From an uncultured Pseudomonadales bacterium (GTDB lineage: Bacteria; Pseudomonadota; Gammaproteobacteria; Pseudomonadales; IMCC2047): DNA of 40,220 nucleotides. The stretch spans positions 1-40,220 of the forward strand of contig CAYYRK010000003.1 in assembly GCA_964473915.1 (NCBI GenBank), in the 5' to 3' direction. Shown piece by piece: positions 1 to 11,453 of the stretch (position 1 is its first letter; each line of letters starts with the position of its first letter). The translations under genes and the position numbers were made by a program. The notes beneath the pieces are model-generated. The model made no database searches and was not told the DNA's origin. It worked only from the letters and a program-made list of their open reading frames with translations.

Positions 1-54
1 AAGAAAGCGTGTCCCCATTCCCGCAACAGGAAATACAGCTTTACGAATTTTCAT
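1..54 (-). CDS. galU: UTP--glucose-1-phosphate uridylyltransferase, first 18 codons only (gene runs off the left edge)
   Basis: Hand translation of the reverse strand from ATG at 52-54 gives MKIRKAVFPVAGMGTRFL. This is the KAVxPVAGxGTRFLP N-terminus typical of GalU-type nucleotidyltransferases. It is too short for the ORF track and lies downstream of pgi and manC in the same orientation. Confidence 0.55.
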   Translation of the reverse strand, partial: MKIRKAVFPVAGMGTRFL

Positions 55-167
55 ACACTAATGCCTCAAATCTATTTTTTTCAAACAGCGAACTTAACGT
101 GCCAGGCCATAACCCTTTCATAGCAGATCAACCCAGGGTTCGAGGAGCTTTCCTCAGGTTTCTCACA

Positions 168-1586
168 CTAACTTTTACGTCCATATTGGTCATCAAAACG
201 AACAATATCATCCTCACCCAGATAACTACCGGTTTGAACCTCAATTATCTCTAACGGAATTAATCCGGGGTTTTCCAACCGGTGCCTGGTGCCGATGGGG
301 ATGTAGGTTGACTGATCTTCATTGAGCCGAAACGTTTCATCACCTCGGGTAACAAGCCCACACCCCTTTACGACCACCCAATGTTCGGCCCGATGATGAT
401 GAAGTTGCAGAGAAAGCGTTGCTCCGGGAGCAACAACTATACGTTTAGCCTGAAAACGCCCTTCAATGGCGATGGTCTCGTATGAGCCCCAGGGACGATA
501 AACACGGGTGTGATCCCGGGTTTCACTCCGTGAGTCACGCTGTAGCCGCTCTACAATTTTTTTAACATCTTGAACCCTGTCCTTATTGGCCACCAAAACC
601 GCATCGGCAGTTTCCACTACAACCAGGTTTTCCAAACCTACCCCCGCGACCAGTCTCGATTCCGCCCGGACATAGCTGTTAGACACGTCATTAAGAACCA
701 CATCACCCTGAACCGCATTGCCATGCTCATCCTGTTCACTAACATCCCAGATCGCGTCCCAGGCACCAACATCACTCCAGTCTCCCTGTAACGGCAAAAC
801 CACCGCAGCCTCTGTTTTTTCCATCACCGCATAATCAATGGATTCGCCTCGACAAGCAGCAAAGAGTGCTGTATCAACTCTTTGAAAATCAAGGTCTGCA
901 ACCGCATTATCACTGGCTTTCTGGGCGGCTGCATAGATATCCTGAGCATGCTTTTCCAGCTCAGCTAAATAGGCCTGAGCTCGAAATATAAACATGCCGC
1001 TGTTCCAGTAGTAATCCCCACTCTCCAGATACGTCCTGGCCGTAGCTGCATCGGGCTTTTCGGCAAAATGCTCCACCCTGAAGATGCCTTTCACTCCGGA
1101 GTCTTTAGCACCTCTAATATATCCGAAACCAGTTTCCGGTCTATCCGGGACGACACCAAAGGTAACCAGCTCACCCTGCTCCGCCGCTTTCACCCCCTCT
1201 CTAACCGCCTGCTGAAATTGGTCCTGTGACCGGATCAGATGATCCGCAGGCAACACCAGTAAAACCGCATCTTCATCAGTTTTAATGGCCTCAAAAGCCG
1301 CAAGAGCAACCGCTGGAGCAGTATTGCGCGCCACCGGTTCCAGAATAATGGTCGACGACTTATGGTCGATTTGACGTAACTGCTCCGCTACCAGGAAACG
1401 ATGTTCCTGATTGCAGACAATCATAGCTCCAGCCATTGGCTCAAGCCCCTGGAGCCTAAGCAGCGTAGACTGCAACAGTGACTGACGCTCATCAACCAGT
1501 GGAATAAACTGTTTTGGGTAGTGTTCTCGGGACAGGGGCCACAAACGACTTCCCACGCCTCCGGCGAGAATTACAGGTACCAGCAA
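168..1586 (-). CDS. manC: bifunctional mannose-1-phosphate guanylyltransferase / mannose-6-phosphate isomerase (type II PMI-GMP; AlgA/XanB/ManC family)
   Basis: 472-aa ORF. N-terminal ILAGGVGSRLWPLSR nucleotidyltransferase motif and C-terminal cupin region (RPWGSYE, HHHRAEHWVVVKG, GEDDIVRFDDQYGR). Confidence 0.9.
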   Translation of the reverse strand: MLVPVILAGGVGSRLWPLSREHYPKQFIPLVDERQSLLQSTLLRLQGLEPMAGAMIVCNQEHRFLVAEQLRQIDHKSSTIILEPVARNTAPAVALAAFEAIKTDEDAVLLVLPADHLIRSQDQFQQAVREGVKAAEQGELVTFGVVPDRPETGFGYIRGAKDSGVKGIFRVEHFAEKPDAATARTYLESGDYYWNSGMFIFRAQAYLAELEKHAQDIYAAAQKASDNAVADLDFQRVDTALFAACRGESIDYAVMEKTEAAVVLPLQGDWSDVGAWDAIWDVSEQDEHGNAVQGDVVLNDVSNSYVRAESRLVAGVGLENLVVVETADAVLVANKDRVQDVKKIVERLQRDSRSETRDHTRVYRPWGSYETIAIEGRFQAKRIVVAPGATLSLQLHHHRAEHWVVVKGCGLVTRGDETFRLNEDQSTYIPIGTRHRLENPGLIPLEIIEVQTGSYLGEDDIVRFDDQYGRKS

Positions 1587-1614
1587 CGCAATCTCTCCTT
1601 TGTTAGTTGATTAA

Positions 1615-3258
1615 TCATACGTCTCCATCACTCTTCGATTGGGTAAAAGCCAGTAGCCCTGCTGTGGAACTGTCATAATCAGGTGTCACCAATTTACCGC
1701 CATTTTGTCTTGCCTGTTGTAGCTGCCCAGTGAGCCTTTTACCCAGTTCAACGCCCCATTGGTCAAAAGGATTGATATCCCATATAACGCTCTGAACAAA
1801 CACTTTGTGCTCATAAAAGGCGATCAGACTTCCCAGCGTCCTGGGCGTTAGTTGCTCAAGAAGGATCGTAGTGCTGGGTTTATTGCCCGGATAAAATCGA
1901 ATCATCGAATCTTTCTTATCTGCCCCTTCAGCGATAGACTCGCCCAGCATCAATGCTCTGGATTGTGCCAGGCAGTTGGCCAGCGCAAGTTCCTGGTGCT
2001 TGCCCGGAACTGATGGGTTGGCGACCACAGCCAGAAATTCAATGGGCACAAAGCGGGTTCCCTGATGCAGTAACTGATAAAATGCGTGCTGGGCATTGGG
2101 GCCGAATTCGCCCCAGATGATCGGGGCAGTATCCAGACTCACCGTTTCCCCTGAAAGCGTAGCACTTTTACCGTTACTTTCCATCTCCAGCTGCTGCAGA
2201 TAGGCCGGCAGCACATGCAGACGATGATCGTAGGGCAGTACTGCCTGGGTATCTGCTCCATAAAAATTGTTATACCAGATACCGATCAAGGCCTGCAAAA
2301 CTGGCACATTGGAGCGATAAGGGCTGTTTTTGAAATGTTCATCTGCCTCAAACGCACCCTGTAGTAGTTGTTCAAAGGCGTGCATCCCCTGACTTATGGC
2401 AATTGAAAGCCCGATGGCAGACCAGAGTGAATAACGCCCACCCACCCAATCCCAAAGCCGCAGCTGATGCGCAGGATCAATACCAAAGTCCGACATTTTT
2501 TCAGGGCAGGCAGAAACCCCGATAAAGTGCTGCTTCAGCGCTTTATCACTCCCCAGTTTATCGCACAGCCACAGTTTTGCAGTCTCAGCATTCGCCAATG
2601 TATCAGCCGTTTCGAATGATTTTGAGGAAACAATAAAAAGTGTTGTTTGCGCATCAAGATGGCGAAGTACATTAACTATTTCATTTCCATCGATACTGGA
2701 TACGAAAAGTACTTTAATGTGTGCCGATGCCTGATGCCTGAATGCCTCACAAATCATGCGTGGCCCCAGGTCAGAACCTCCAACCCCCATATTGACGACA
2801 GTTGTGATCGGTTTGCCGGTAGCGCCCTCCCAAAGCCCAGCGCGTAACTTCTCTGAGATAACACGCATCTGTTCTCGTACCTGCCGAATCTCAGGCATCA
2901 CATCTTTGCTGTCCACCATGACCGGTGCCGACCCCATATTCCTCAGCGCGGTATGTAGTGCCGGTCGATTTTCTGTAATGTTGATCTTTTTGCCCGCAAA
3001 CATCGCCTGGATGCGCTCATCAAGGCTCATGGACTGCGCAAGCTGAATAAGTAGGTCCAGGGTTTTCTCTTCTAAAATATTTTTAGAAAAGTCATAGAGC
3101 AGTTCTTTAAATGTTAACGAAAAACGATCAAATCGTTCTTCATCCTCCTTAAACAGTTTTTTTAACCGTTTTTTGGAAAATGATTGCTGGTGCTCCTGCA
3201 ACTGTTTCCAGACCTGTGTCCGTTTGGCATTTGTTATAGAAGACAATTCTATTCCCAT
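1615..3258 (-). CDS. pgi: glucose-6-phosphate isomerase
   Basis: 547-aa ORF with PGI signatures (VVNMGVGGSDLGP, VGGRYSLWSAIG, QQLEMESNGK, FDQWGVELGK). Confidence 0.95.
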   Translation of the reverse strand: MGIELSSITNAKRTQVWKQLQEHQQSFSKKRLKKLFKEDEERFDRFSLTFKELLYDFSKNILEEKTLDLLIQLAQSMSLDERIQAMFAGKKINITENRPALHTALRNMGSAPVMVDSKDVMPEIRQVREQMRVISEKLRAGLWEGATGKPITTVVNMGVGGSDLGPRMICEAFRHQASAHIKVLFVSSIDGNEIVNVLRHLDAQTTLFIVSSKSFETADTLANAETAKLWLCDKLGSDKALKQHFIGVSACPEKMSDFGIDPAHQLRLWDWVGGRYSLWSAIGLSIAISQGMHAFEQLLQGAFEADEHFKNSPYRSNVPVLQALIGIWYNNFYGADTQAVLPYDHRLHVLPAYLQQLEMESNGKSATLSGETVSLDTAPIIWGEFGPNAQHAFYQLLHQGTRFVPIEFLAVVANPSVPGKHQELALANCLAQSRALMLGESIAEGADKKDSMIRFYPGNKPSTTILLEQLTPRTLGSLIAFYEHKVFVQSVIWDINPFDQWGVELGKRLTGQLQQARQNGGKLVTPDYDSSTAGLLAFTQSKSDGDV

Positions 3259-3357
3259 TATTTTATGGTTGCCCGATTAGAGCCGGGTGGCTATCACCCA
3301 AGCTAACTGAATCTCTTTATATTGCAAAAAGTATAAGTGTCAAACCGGAGCTTGCAA

Positions 3358-3388
3358 TAAAAAGGCGCAAATAATTTGCGCCTTTTTA
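3358..3388 (-). terminator. rho-independent terminator downstream of the comEA-like gene (symmetrical, could act in both directions)
   Basis: Perfect stem GGCGCAA (3364-3370) / TTGCGCC (3376-3382) flanked by an A-run on one side and a T-run on the other. It lies 23 nt after the comEA-like stop on the minus strand. Confidence 0.65.
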
Positions 3389-3410
3389 AACTTCATACTC
3401 CAGGGATTAG

Positions 3411-3710
3411 TCAGAGCATGATTTTACCCCTGTTTTTTTCCAGTATACTCATACCAATACCCTTGACCTTAATAAGATCTTCCACAGACTCAAAGGACCC
3501 ATGTTCGCTACGGTACTCGACTATTTTCTGGGCACGCTTGAGCCCAATTCCCTTGAGCACTGAAGCCAGGGTATCCACATCCGCGCTATTGAGGTGTACA
3601 ACTTGCTGTTCGGCCGTAAGCAAAACCTCTGGCTCTGCCATACTAAACGGTGATACAACCATAAGGAAAGTGCTGAGAAGGCAGGCGACAGCCCACTTGA
3701 TGCTCTTCAT
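3411..3710 (-). CDS. comEA: ComEA-family helix-hairpin-helix DNA-binding protein with signal peptide
   Basis: 99 aa. N-terminal signal-like MKSIKWAVACLLSTFLMVVSPFSMA, followed by HhH repeats (LNSADVDTLASVLKGIGLKRAQKIVEYR, LIKVKGIGMSILEKN). Confidence 0.8.
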   Translation of the reverse strand: MKSIKWAVACLLSTFLMVVSPFSMAEPEVLLTAEQQVVHLNSADVDTLASVLKGIGLKRAQKIVEYRSEHGSFESVEDLIKVKGIGMSILEKNRGKIML

Positions 3711-3827
3711 GTGAAACCTCCATGTTTACAATTTTGAATAAGCACGACCATGCTATCAATTCATTATCCAGGGTGCAAGCCCTGTTTGGCAGGCTGTCAA
3801 GCGGCCACATAGATGGTTTTTCAACAA

Positions 3828-3849
3828 CCGCCAGGACAGACTCTGGCGG
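3828..3849 (-). terminator. candidate terminator hairpin after pyrF
   Basis: Stem CCGCCAG (3828-3834) / CTGGCGG (3843-3849) with an 8-nt loop, 28 nt downstream of the pyrF stop on the minus strand. The following sequence is only moderately T-rich (TTGTTG). Confidence 0.45.
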
Positions 3850-3876
3850 TAGAATCCTTGCCGGAGCTTTCTATAC

Positions 3877-4590
3877 TTAAGTTTTCAACTGGAGAATAAT
3901 TGACCGCAACGCTTCAAGCGGAAACCGGCTTTGGGTAATCGGGCGGCCAATCACTAGATAGTCACTTCCGGCCTGTACTGCCTGCTCCGGTGTCATTATT
4001 CGTTTCTGATCGCCCACCGAGGCGCTCGCCGGCCGAATTCCTGGAGTAACTAACAAAAAGTCAGGACCCATAGTGGATTTGAGCATCTCAACCTCCCGGG
4101 GGGAACAAACAACACCATCCAAACCACACGCCTGCGCCAGGCTGGCCATGCGTTCAACCAGTTGAATCGGTGCAGTGTTAAAGCCCACCTCAAGCAGGTC
4201 CTGGTCATCAAGGCTGGTTAGCACCGTCACGCCAATAAGCAATGGTTTCGGTCCAGTCAAGGAATCCAGAGAATCACGAGCGGCATCAAGCATATGGCGG
4301 CCCCCGCTAACATGGACGTTCACCATCCAGACACCCAGGTCAGCTGCCGCACGCACGGCCTTTGCTACAGTATTGGGTATATCGTGAAACTTAAGATCAA
4401 GAAATATATCGAAACCCTTGGCCTGCATCTGATCAATAATGACAGGGCCACAACGAGTAAAAAGCTCCTTCCCAACCTTGAGGTGACAAAGCTGAGGATC
4501 CAGTTGCGATGCCAGTGCCATTGCCTGATCAAAATTATCAAAATCCATGGCCACTATAATTTTGTTGTTATTTTGATCTAACTTCATCAT
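3877..4590 (-). CDS. pyrF: orotidine-5'-phosphate decarboxylase
   Basis: Motifs [24 protein letters not shown] and LVIGRPIT. The ORF-track start at 4737 would overlap lapB by 137 nt. I prefer the ATG at 4588-4590 ([17 protein letters not shown]), 11 nt after the lapB stop and preceded by GGGGAT. Confidence 0.9.
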   Translation of the reverse strand: MMKLDQNNNKIIVAMDFDNFDQAMALASQLDPQLCHLKVGKELFTRCGPVIIDQMQAKGFDIFLDLKFHDIPNTVAKAVRAAADLGVWMVNVHVSGGRHMLDAARDSLDSLTGPKPLLIGVTVLTSLDDQDLLEVGFNTAPIQLVERMASLAQACGLDGVVCSPREVEMLKSTMGPDFLLVTPGIRPASASVGDQKRIMTPEQAVQAGSDYLVIGRPITQSRFPLEALRSIILQLKT

Positions 4591-4600
4591 ATCCCCAATA

Positions 4601-5785
4601 TTAAACCTGTTGTTCATGTGAGAGCTGTTCGTTGATAGGTTTAATAGTTCCCCATTTCCGACAACCTGGACAGAGCCATACCAGTTTCTTTCCTGAATAG
4701 CCGCAGTGATTACAGCGGTAAACAGGTTGTAATTCAATCAGCTGGCCCACAATAACTTGAAGGTTATCCAGCATCTCTTTTTTAACCGGCCCTGGTTTCT
4801 GTTTTTGCGTATCAAGAAGATACGCCACACTGTTCAATGAGGGGGACGCCTGCAATGCATCCCCAATAAACCGGTTCGTGTCCTCCCGTTTATTATCTCC
4901 AAAATATAGATAATCAGCGGCTGCCAGCGCCAGACCAACAGAGGCATTTTCTTGCAGACAATCTCTGAGAAACTGCCCCAATTCCTTTTCCCTACCCAGC
5001 TTATGGTAACAGTGGGCCAGGCCCGTGATAATTTCTGTTAAAAAGCTGGCATCCTGATACCGAACTTTCTTATAAGCCTTAATAGCTTTCCGGTAATTAC
5101 CCGCTCCCAATTCCAACGAACCTTTAAGTAAACTGGCCCGAACACAACTCCCATCGTAACCTAGGGCTCTTTTTAACTCTTTGCGGGCAGCTTCTACCCC
5201 TCCAGAACAGATAAAAACCTGTGCTTTCTCACAACAAAAATGCGCCAATAGAGGCCGTGTGCTCGGGTGCTTCCTGCCAAGTAGCTGTTGGGCAACAGTG
5301 ATCGATCGATCCCACTCTTTTTCATTCTGATAAAGCTCCATCAACAGCTGCAGGCTTCGCCATTTAATCTCTCCCTGAGCATTACCCAATTCGAGCAAAA
5401 TGCGCTCGGCTCTATCCAGCAACCCGGCCGCCATATAATCATTGGCAAGCTCATACTGAGCCAACAGTAACTGGCTTTTTTCAAGATCAGGGCGAGCCAG
5501 TAGCGCTCTATGGATACGGGTGGCTTTTTCAACATCTCCCCGCTTGCGAAATAACCGACCTAATGCAAGATGGGTATCCACCGTCTCACTATTGATATCC
5601 AGCGCCTGAAGAAAATGGTCAATAGCCTCATCGGGTTGTTCATCGAGAAGAAAACTCAGGCCTTTAAAATATTCTTCTGCCAATGCTGGAGATTGGACAG
5701 GTGATTTATTAGCATCCCGGCGGCCAAGCCACCAGCCAACCCCTGTTGCCAGAACAAAGGCTGCCAACAGTAACAGGTCATGCAT
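4601..5785 (-). CDS. lapB: lipopolysaccharide assembly protein B (TPR protein with C-terminal rubredoxin-type zinc finger)
   Basis: 394 aa with an N-terminal TM helix, TPR-like repeats and C-terminal [23 protein letters not shown]. It immediately follows lapA, as in other gammaproteobacteria. Confidence 0.88.
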   Translation of the reverse strand: MHDLLLLAAFVLATGVGWWLGRRDANKSPVQSPALAEEYFKGLSFLLDEQPDEAIDHFLQALDINSETVDTHLALGRLFRKRGDVEKATRIHRALLARPDLEKSQLLLAQYELANDYMAAGLLDRAERILLELGNAQGEIKWRSLQLLMELYQNEKEWDRSITVAQQLLGRKHPSTRPLLAHFCCEKAQVFICSGGVEAARKELKRALGYDGSCVRASLLKGSLELGAGNYRKAIKAYKKVRYQDASFLTEIITGLAHCYHKLGREKELGQFLRDCLQENASVGLALAAADYLYFGDNKREDTNRFIGDALQASPSLNSVAYLLDTQKQKPGPVKKEMLDNLQVIVGQLIELQPVYRCNHCGYSGKKLVWLCPGCRKWGTIKPINEQLSHEQQV

Positions 5786-5786
5786 T

Positions 5787-6092
5787 TTATTGGTCGTCTC
5801 TGAGCGCCACTGTTCTCAGCCGCGACAACTCCACCTCACTACGGACAAGTTTTTTTCGGTCTCTGAAACTGGTCATTTTCAAACGACCCACTAACAACAG
5901 ACTGATAAACATACCCGCTAAACCACCCAGCGCAAAGCTCGCAATCACCCACACCGATATACTGGCTGCCGAAAGCTCAATAATCAACAGATTAAGAGGC
6001 ACCATTGTTGTATTTTCGCTGGTGAATAAAACCCCCCAAAAAAACACAATGAGTAATAGCAGAAAAGTAAAAAGCCGTTTGATCCATTTCAT
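5787..6092 (-). CDS. lapA: lipopolysaccharide assembly protein A (small two-TM inner-membrane protein)
   Basis: About 100 aa, two hydrophobic helices and a basic C-terminal tail, 1 nt upstream of lapB. The ATG at 6090-6092 (MKWIKRLF) is preferred over the TTG at 6104 used by the ORF track. Confidence 0.72.
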   Translation of the reverse strand: MKWIKRLFTFLLLLIVFFWGVLFTSENTTMVPLNLLIIELSAASISVWVIASFALGGLAGMFISLLLVGRLKMTSFRDRKKLVRSEVELSRLRTVALRDDQ

Positions 6093-6222
6093 AGTCAGTC
6101 TCAAGGTTATGCAAGCCCAAGGGTCAAATCAGTAGGACAGGTAGGGAGTTAGATATTTTACACCACTCAAGCAGACGCTTGGTAGATCAGAGAGCGGGTT
6201 AATTTTAGGAGGATTAGCGACC

Positions 6223-6255
6223 AAAAAAAAGCGGCATGTCCGCAAACACGCCGCT
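6223..6255 (-). terminator. rho-independent terminator after ihfB
   Basis: On the minus strand, stem AGCGGCGTGT / ACATGCCGCT (one A-C mismatch) is followed by T8 (plus-strand A8 at 6223-6230). It lies 34 nt downstream of the ihfB stop. Confidence 0.7.
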
Positions 6256-6288
6256 GTATCTTATTGTAACGATCAAAGATCGCCGATT

Positions 6289-6582
6289 CTATCCTTGTGC
6301 TCGAGCCTGATCGACTCGTTCGCGCAGATCTTTACCTGGCTTAAAGTGTGGAACCTGCTTACCAGGCAGGTTCACTGAACCCCCTGTTTTCGGGTTCCGA
6401 CCGGTACGCGGCGCTCGATAATGTAGGGAGAAACTCCCAAATCCGCGGATCTCTATCCGCTGCCCTGATGACAAATTCTGTGCCATCATATCGATGATCG
6501 TCTTTACCGCCAACTCTACATCACGGACAGATAGCTGTGACTGCCTTGCCACCATGCACTCTATTAATTCTGACTTGGTCAT
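6289..6582 (-). CDS. ihfB: integration host factor beta subunit
   Basis: MTKSELIE...[26 protein letters not shown]. The ATG at 6580-6582 is preceded by AGGAAG; the longer ORF-track start at 6633 is unlikely. Confidence 0.93.
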   Translation of the reverse strand: MTKSELIECMVARQSQLSVRDVELAVKTIIDMMAQNLSSGQRIEIRGFGSFSLHYRAPRTGRNPKTGGSVNLPGKQVPHFKPGKDLRERVDQARAQG

Positions 6583-6678
6583 CGCTACTTCCTGACAGTA
6601 TATACGATTAATATGCCGCCCAGTATAGAACAATTCCGGGCGACACGCTTAAACCGCTCCTAATTTTTCACCTGCCTA

Positions 6679-8361
6679 CTACTTATTTTGACTTTCCATT
6701 TGAGCCTTGATCAGCTCTCCAATCGTAGTCGGCCCGGCTTTATCAGGTACTTGGTCACGGATCTCTTTCATAACTTCCTTCTCTTCAGCCATATCCTTGG
6801 CCTTGATTGAGAGGTTGATGACACGGTTTTTACGATCCAGGTTAATAATCTTACACTCTACTGAATCGCCTTCCTTCAGCACTTCGCGAGCATCGTTAAC
6901 CTTGTCTCGGCTAATTTCAGACGCTTTGAGAATACCTTCAACATCTTCAGCCAACTCAATCGTGGCCGCTTTTTCGGTTACGGAGGTGATTTTGCCAGTA
7001 AGAATACTGCCCTTACCATTTTTCACCACGAACTCAGCAAAAGGATCACCATCAAGTTGTTTGATGCCCAGAGAAATACGCTCGCGCTCAGGGTCTATAG
7101 AAAGGATAACGGTGTCAACTTCATCACCTTTCTTGTATTTACGGAACGCATCTTCTCCGGTTTCGCTCCAGGAGATATCTGACATATGTACAAGACCATC
7201 AATGCCTCCTTCCAGACCGATAAAGATACCAAAATCGGTAATCGATTTAATAACACCGGAGATCTTGGTGCCCTTAGCATTAATAACACTAAACTCTTCC
7301 CACGGATTAACTACGCACTGTTTCATCCCCAGGGAGATGCGGCGACGCTCCTCATCGATATCGAGGATCATCACATCAATCTCTTCATCAAGCTGCACGA
7401 TTTTTGACGGGTGGACATTCTTGTTGGTCCAATCCATTTCAGATACGTGAATCAAGCCTTCGATACCCTCTTCCAGCTCAGCAAAACAGCCATAATCGGT
7501 AAGATTGGTAACGCGCGCCTTGATTTTTGTGTTTTCTGGGTAACGGTCTTTAATATTACCCCATGGATCATCACCCAACTGTTTCAGTCCGAGAGAAACT
7601 CTGTTCTTCTCTTTATCAAACTTAAGAACCTTAACTTTGATTTCATCACCGATAGCCACTACTTCGCTCGGGTGCTTGATCCGTTTCCAGGCCATATCAG
7701 TTATATGTAGTAATCCGTCTACACCGCCCAAATCAACAAATGCGCCATAATCAGTAAGGTTCTTGACAATACCGTCAATACTAATACCCTCTGCTAGAGT
7801 TGCCAGCAGATTTTCTCGCTCTGCACTATGCTCTTTCTCCAGAACGGCACGACGCGAAACAACTACGTTATTGCGTTTCTGATCAATCTTAATAACCTTG
7901 AATTCAAGCTCTTTGCCTTCCAAATGCATAGGCTCACGGATCGGCCTGACATCCACCAACGAACCAGGTAAAAAGGCTCTTACTTCATTCAGATCAACAG
8001 TAAAACCACCTTTAACCTTGCCACTGATAATACCGGTAACAAGCGCATCGTCTTCGTGCGCTTTTTCAAGCAGCTCCCAGGACTCTGAGCGACGCGCTTT
8101 CTCGCGGGATAAACGCGTTTCGCCGAAACCATCTTCTAAGCTCTCCAGCGCAACTCGCACCTCATCCCCAATGACCAGTTTGAACTCACCGGCATCATCG
8201 AAAAATTGCTGCTTAGGGATAACCCCTTCAGATTTAAGGCCGGCATGTACCGTGACCCAATCACTATCAATGTCGATTACTACACCTGTAACAATCGACC
8301 CTGGTTTCATTTCAATGGATTTGAGGCTTTCTTCAAAAAGCTCGGCAAAGCTTTCGCTCAT
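6679..8361 (-). CDS. rpsA: 30S ribosomal protein S1
   Basis: 560 aa with six S1 repeats. The N-terminus [13 protein letters not shown] is typical of gammaproteobacterial S1. Confidence 0.97.
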   Translation of the reverse strand: MSESFAELFEESLKSIEMKPGSIVTGVVIDIDSDWVTVHAGLKSEGVIPKQQFFDDAGEFKLVIGDEVRVALESLEDGFGETRLSREKARRSESWELLEKAHEDDALVTGIISGKVKGGFTVDLNEVRAFLPGSLVDVRPIREPMHLEGKELEFKVIKIDQKRNNVVVSRRAVLEKEHSAERENLLATLAEGISIDGIVKNLTDYGAFVDLGGVDGLLHITDMAWKRIKHPSEVVAIGDEIKVKVLKFDKEKNRVSLGLKQLGDDPWGNIKDRYPENTKIKARVTNLTDYGCFAELEEGIEGLIHVSEMDWTNKNVHPSKIVQLDEEIDVMILDIDEERRRISLGMKQCVVNPWEEFSVINAKGTKISGVIKSITDFGIFIGLEGGIDGLVHMSDISWSETGEDAFRKYKKGDEVDTVILSIDPERERISLGIKQLDGDPFAEFVVKNGKGSILTGKITSVTEKAATIELAEDVEGILKASEISRDKVNDAREVLKEGDSVECKIINLDRKNRVINLSIKAKDMAEEKEVMKEIRDQVPDKAGPTTIGELIKAQMESQNK

Positions 8362-8500
8362 TATTCAATACCTGTTAAATTTGGTGAAACAGATGAATGG
8401 CATAAAACCCCATCCATCTATTCATCCACGCATCCAGCCATCTGCGTGGGCCCGTTAGTAAATATTCTGTGTTGTCTGGCTGGTTAGGTGACAAACACAG
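8362..8500 (-). promoter_or_regulatory. structured rpsA leader / cmk-rpsA spacer with stacked hairpins
   Basis: The minus strand shows stems CTGTGTTTGTC/GACAACACAG (plus 8467-8500) and CCACGCA/TGCGTGG (plus 8425-8448, loop GAUGGCUGGA containing GGA). Only a weak SD precedes the ATG. In E. coli, rpsA is known to use a structured, SD-poor leader. Confidence 0.35.
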
Positions 8501-8520
8501 AACTATTGCTGCATAACTAC

Positions 8521-9204
8521 TTAGCCCAGATTACATTTTCTTACCTGAACCATGATCTGTTCGTAAACTTCCTCTATGGACAGCGCAGTACTATCCAGCA
8601 CCACCGCATCGTCCGCAGGTTTTAACGGTGAAAGTGCCCGACTGGCATCTCTTTCATCGCGCTCACGTATACCCTGAAAAAGACCGCGAAGACTACCATC
8701 AAAACCTTTGGCTTTCAACTGGTTATATCTTCTTTTTGCTCTCTCCTCAGCGCTAGCGGTCAGAAACACCTTAAGCGGGGCGTCCGCGAAAACCACTGTA
8801 CCCATATCTCTTCCGTCGGCAACCAGGCCCGGCGGCTCCATAAATGCCTGCTGGCGCGCCAGCAAAGCCCGCCTGACCTGAGGCAATACCGCTACAATTG
8901 AGGCGTTTTTTCCGGCCGCCTCTGTCCTGATTTTCTGGCTAACAATCTCTCCTTCCAGAATCACTTCACAGACTGAACTCTCTTTCACTGGGGCAAACTG
9001 CACATCCAGGTGCGCAGCCAAAACCCGCAGCGCTTCTACGTTATCAAGCTTAACACCGTGCAACTCTGCTGCCAGGCCGAGCACCCTGTATAATGCACCG
9101 CTATCCAACAGATGCCAGCCAAGATCTCTGGCCAGCATATAACTGAGGGTACCCTTACCCGATCCACTCGGGCCATCGATGGTAATGACTGGGATTGTTT
9201 CCAT
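8521..9204 (-). CDS. cmk: cytidylate kinase
   Basis: [14 protein letters not shown]-loop and [10 protein letters not shown] motif. The ATG at 9202-9204 is preferred; the ORF-track start at 9210 is a TTG two codons upstream. Confidence 0.93.
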   Translation of the reverse strand: METIPVITIDGPSGSGKGTLSYMLARDLGWHLLDSGALYRVLGLAAELHGVKLDNVEALRVLAAHLDVQFAPVKESSVCEVILEGEIVSQKIRTEAAGKNASIVAVLPQVRRALLARQQAFMEPPGLVADGRDMGTVVFADAPLKVFLTASAEERAKRRYNQLKAKGFDGSLRGLFQGIRERDERDASRALSPLKPADDAVVLDSTALSIEEVYEQIMVQVRKCNLG

Positions 9205-9206
9205 AA

Positions 9207-11453
9207 TCAACTTGTCAGCGCCAGATTCATTCCAACCCGATTAGCCAACCCAACAAAATCTGGGAAGGATGTCGCTACATTGGCACAATCCCTTATCTCT
9301 ATTTCGTCCTGGGAAACCTGCCCCGCCACAGCAAAGGCCATTGCAATTCGATGATCGCCATGGCTATCTACCGCGCCACCAGAGAGCTCACCACCCTTAA
9401 TCACAATACCATCTGCTTTTGTTTGTACGCTCACACCCAACTGTTCGAGCCCATCGGCCATCACCTGAATGCGATCACTCTCCTTGACTCGAAGTTCCTG
9501 AGCACCACTAAGCACTGTGGTACCTTGCGCACAAGCTGCGGCCACAAAGAGCACAGGAAATTCATCTATTGCAAGCGGAACCTGGTCAACGGGTATATCA
9601 ATTCCTCGCAGCTTTGCGTAACGCACCCGGATATCGGCAACCGGCTCACCCCCGACCAGACGCTCATTGTCGACACTAATATCGGCCCCCATCAGCTGCA
9701 GAATATTCAGCACACCGGTACGAGTTGGATTGACACCCACATGCTCAAGCAGCAGATCCGAACCCTCTATCAAACTTGCCGCTACCAAAAAAAAGGCTGC
9801 CGATGAAATGTCCGCAGGGATGTCAATCTGAGTACCTGTCAGCTTTCCGCCACCACTAATAGTAACCTCTCGCTCTGCAGCACAAAGCTGCTTTACCGCA
9901 ACCTGATAGCCAAAACCCGTCAACATTCTCTCTGTATGGTCCCGGGTAGGTGCAGGCTCAATAACGCTCGTCTGTCCTTGAGCATAGAGACCCGCCAGCA
10001 ACAGGCTGGATTTAACCTGAGCACTGGCTACCGGCATCTTATAACGAACACCCTCAAGTTTCTGCCCCCCTTGCACATCCAGTGGCAGCCGCCCGTCACA
10101 GCTATCGATCCGCCCCCTCATCTCGCCCAGCGGATTAATAACCCGATTCATGGGTCTTTTGGACAAAGAATCATCACCGGTCAACCTACTATCAAAATCT
10201 TGTGCGCAAAGCAGGCCTGCCAGTAGCCGCATCGAAGTTCCAGAATTCCCGAGATAAAGCTCTCCGTGAGGTTTTTTCAACCCACGTAGCCCCACGCCAT
10301 GAACCCTGACCCGCCCCTGATGAGGCCCCTCTATAACAACACCCATATCACGAAAAGCCTGTAATGTGGCGAGGCTATCTTCGCCCTCAAGAAAGCCCTC
10401 AATTTCAGTCACTCCCTCCGCAATCGCCCCAAATATAATAGAACGGTGAGAGATCGATTTGTCACCCGGAACGCGCAAACTGCCACTGAGCGGACCGCCT
10501 TTACTCGCAATAAAATTTGTATATTTGGTATTCATTGGTTCCATATAGGCCTTTTGAGCCAGCATTTTAGTGAATCGATCGCGCGCAGATTTTGCGCGGG
10601 TAAAGATACCCATCAGTTTAGGGCCATCAGAGAGCTCCAGCGCAGTACGCAGTTGAGCCAACCCTTCACTAAAGGCATCCAGTCCTTCAAGCAGCGCGAC
10701 CTTATTAGCCACGAAAATATCATGCCACATGGTCGGGTCACTGGAGGCAATACGGGTAAAATCGCGAAAGCCCCCCGCTGCATAGCGAAAAATTTCTCGG
10801 TTTTGCTCCTGGCTTGCCAGGGTATCTACCAGCGAGTAAGCCAGCAGGTGCGGCAGGTGACTGGTAACAGCCAGCACCTGATCGTGATCATCAACATCCA
10901 TTTGCAACACTTGCGCACCGACAAGCTCCCACAACGAGCGCACTTTGGCAACTGCGCTGGGGTCCGTCTCCTCTAAGGGTGTCAGAATCACCTTGTGCTG
11001 ACGATAAAGATCCGGATTAGCCGCCTCAACACCGCTCTTTTCCGACCCAGCGATGGGGTGTCCAGGCACAAAGTTTGGCGGAATAAAACCGAAGATTTCA
11101 TTAATCTCTTTAACAACCAGTCCCTTGGCGCTGCCAACATCGGTTAGTATCGCATTGGCAGGCAGAGCATCCTTTATCAATTTTAATATGGAAGCCGTCG
11201 CCAGTACTGGTACCGCGATAACCACCAAGTCTGCCGAACGCACCGCGTCAACCACATCCAGATTATAGCTGTCGATTACCCCAATCTCTACCGCTCTTTT
11301 AAGGGTACTTTCCTTGCGACCCACACCCACGACCTGATCAGCACCTTTTGCTAATCTCAAGGCGCGCGCCAACGAACCACCTATCAGGCCTATACCTATA
11401 ATAACTACCCGGCCAAATCTGCAACAATCTTTTAACTGTTTGTTATCGCTCAT
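9207..11453 (-). CDS. aroA: fused prephenate/arogenate dehydrogenase (N-terminal, about aa 14-300) and 3-phosphoshikimate 1-carboxyvinyltransferase / EPSP synthase (C-terminal, about aa 310-748)
   Basis: 748 aa. N-terminal Rossmann motif [12 protein letters not shown] with GHPIAG, then EPSP synthase motifs ([35 protein letters not shown]). The same fusion is known in Pseudomonas. Confidence 0.92.
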   Translation of the reverse strand: MSDNKQLKDCCRFGRVVIIGIGLIGGSLARALRLAKGADQVVGVGRKESTLKRAVEIGVIDSYNLDVVDAVRSADLVVIAVPVLATASILKLIKDALPANAILTDVGSAKGLVVKEINEIFGFIPPNFVPGHPIAGSEKSGVEAANPDLYRQHKVILTPLEETDPSAVAKVRSLWELVGAQVLQMDVDDHDQVLAVTSHLPHLLAYSLVDTLASQEQNREIFRYAAGGFRDFTRIASSDPTMWHDIFVANKVALLEGLDAFSEGLAQLRTALELSDGPKLMGIFTRAKSARDRFTKMLAQKAYMEPMNTKYTNFIASKGGPLSGSLRVPGDKSISHRSIIFGAIAEGVTEIEGFLEGEDSLATLQAFRDMGVVIEGPHQGRVRVHGVGLRGLKKPHGELYLGNSGTSMRLLAGLLCAQDFDSRLTGDDSLSKRPMNRVINPLGEMRGRIDSCDGRLPLDVQGGQKLEGVRYKMPVASAQVKSSLLLAGLYAQGQTSVIEPAPTRDHTERMLTGFGYQVAVKQLCAAEREVTISGGGKLTGTQIDIPADISSAAFFLVAASLIEGSDLLLEHVGVNPTRTGVLNILQLMGADISVDNERLVGGEPVADIRVRYAKLRGIDIPVDQVPLAIDEFPVLFVAAACAQGTTVLSGAQELRVKESDRIQVMADGLEQLGVSVQTKADGIVIKGGELSGGAVDSHGDHRIAMAFAVAGQVSQDEIEIRDCANVATSFPDFVGLANRVGMNLALTS

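Noticed and set aside
136-145. GGGTTCGAGG resembles a tRNA T-loop.
   Set aside because: No acceptor stem, D-arm or anticodon arm can be built around it. It lies in the short manC-galU spacer.
4591-4737. 49-codon N-terminal extension of pyrF overlapping lapB by 137 nt.
   Set aside because: The conserved PyrF core starts about 13 residues after the ATG at 4590. That ATG follows the lapB stop and has a GGGG-type SD. The extension is just read-through of the lapB 3' end in another frame.
6707-8458. Long plus-strand ORFs (247 aa at 6707-7450, 186 aa at 7898-8458) antisense to rpsA. Similar shadow ORFs occur at 10446-10976, 31703-32245, 34558-35226 and 34892-35419.
   Set aside because: They lie entirely inside strongly supported genes on the opposite strand. 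They have Ser/Pro/Arg/Leu-rich, low-complexity translations typical of antisense frames, and no start context or family resemblance.
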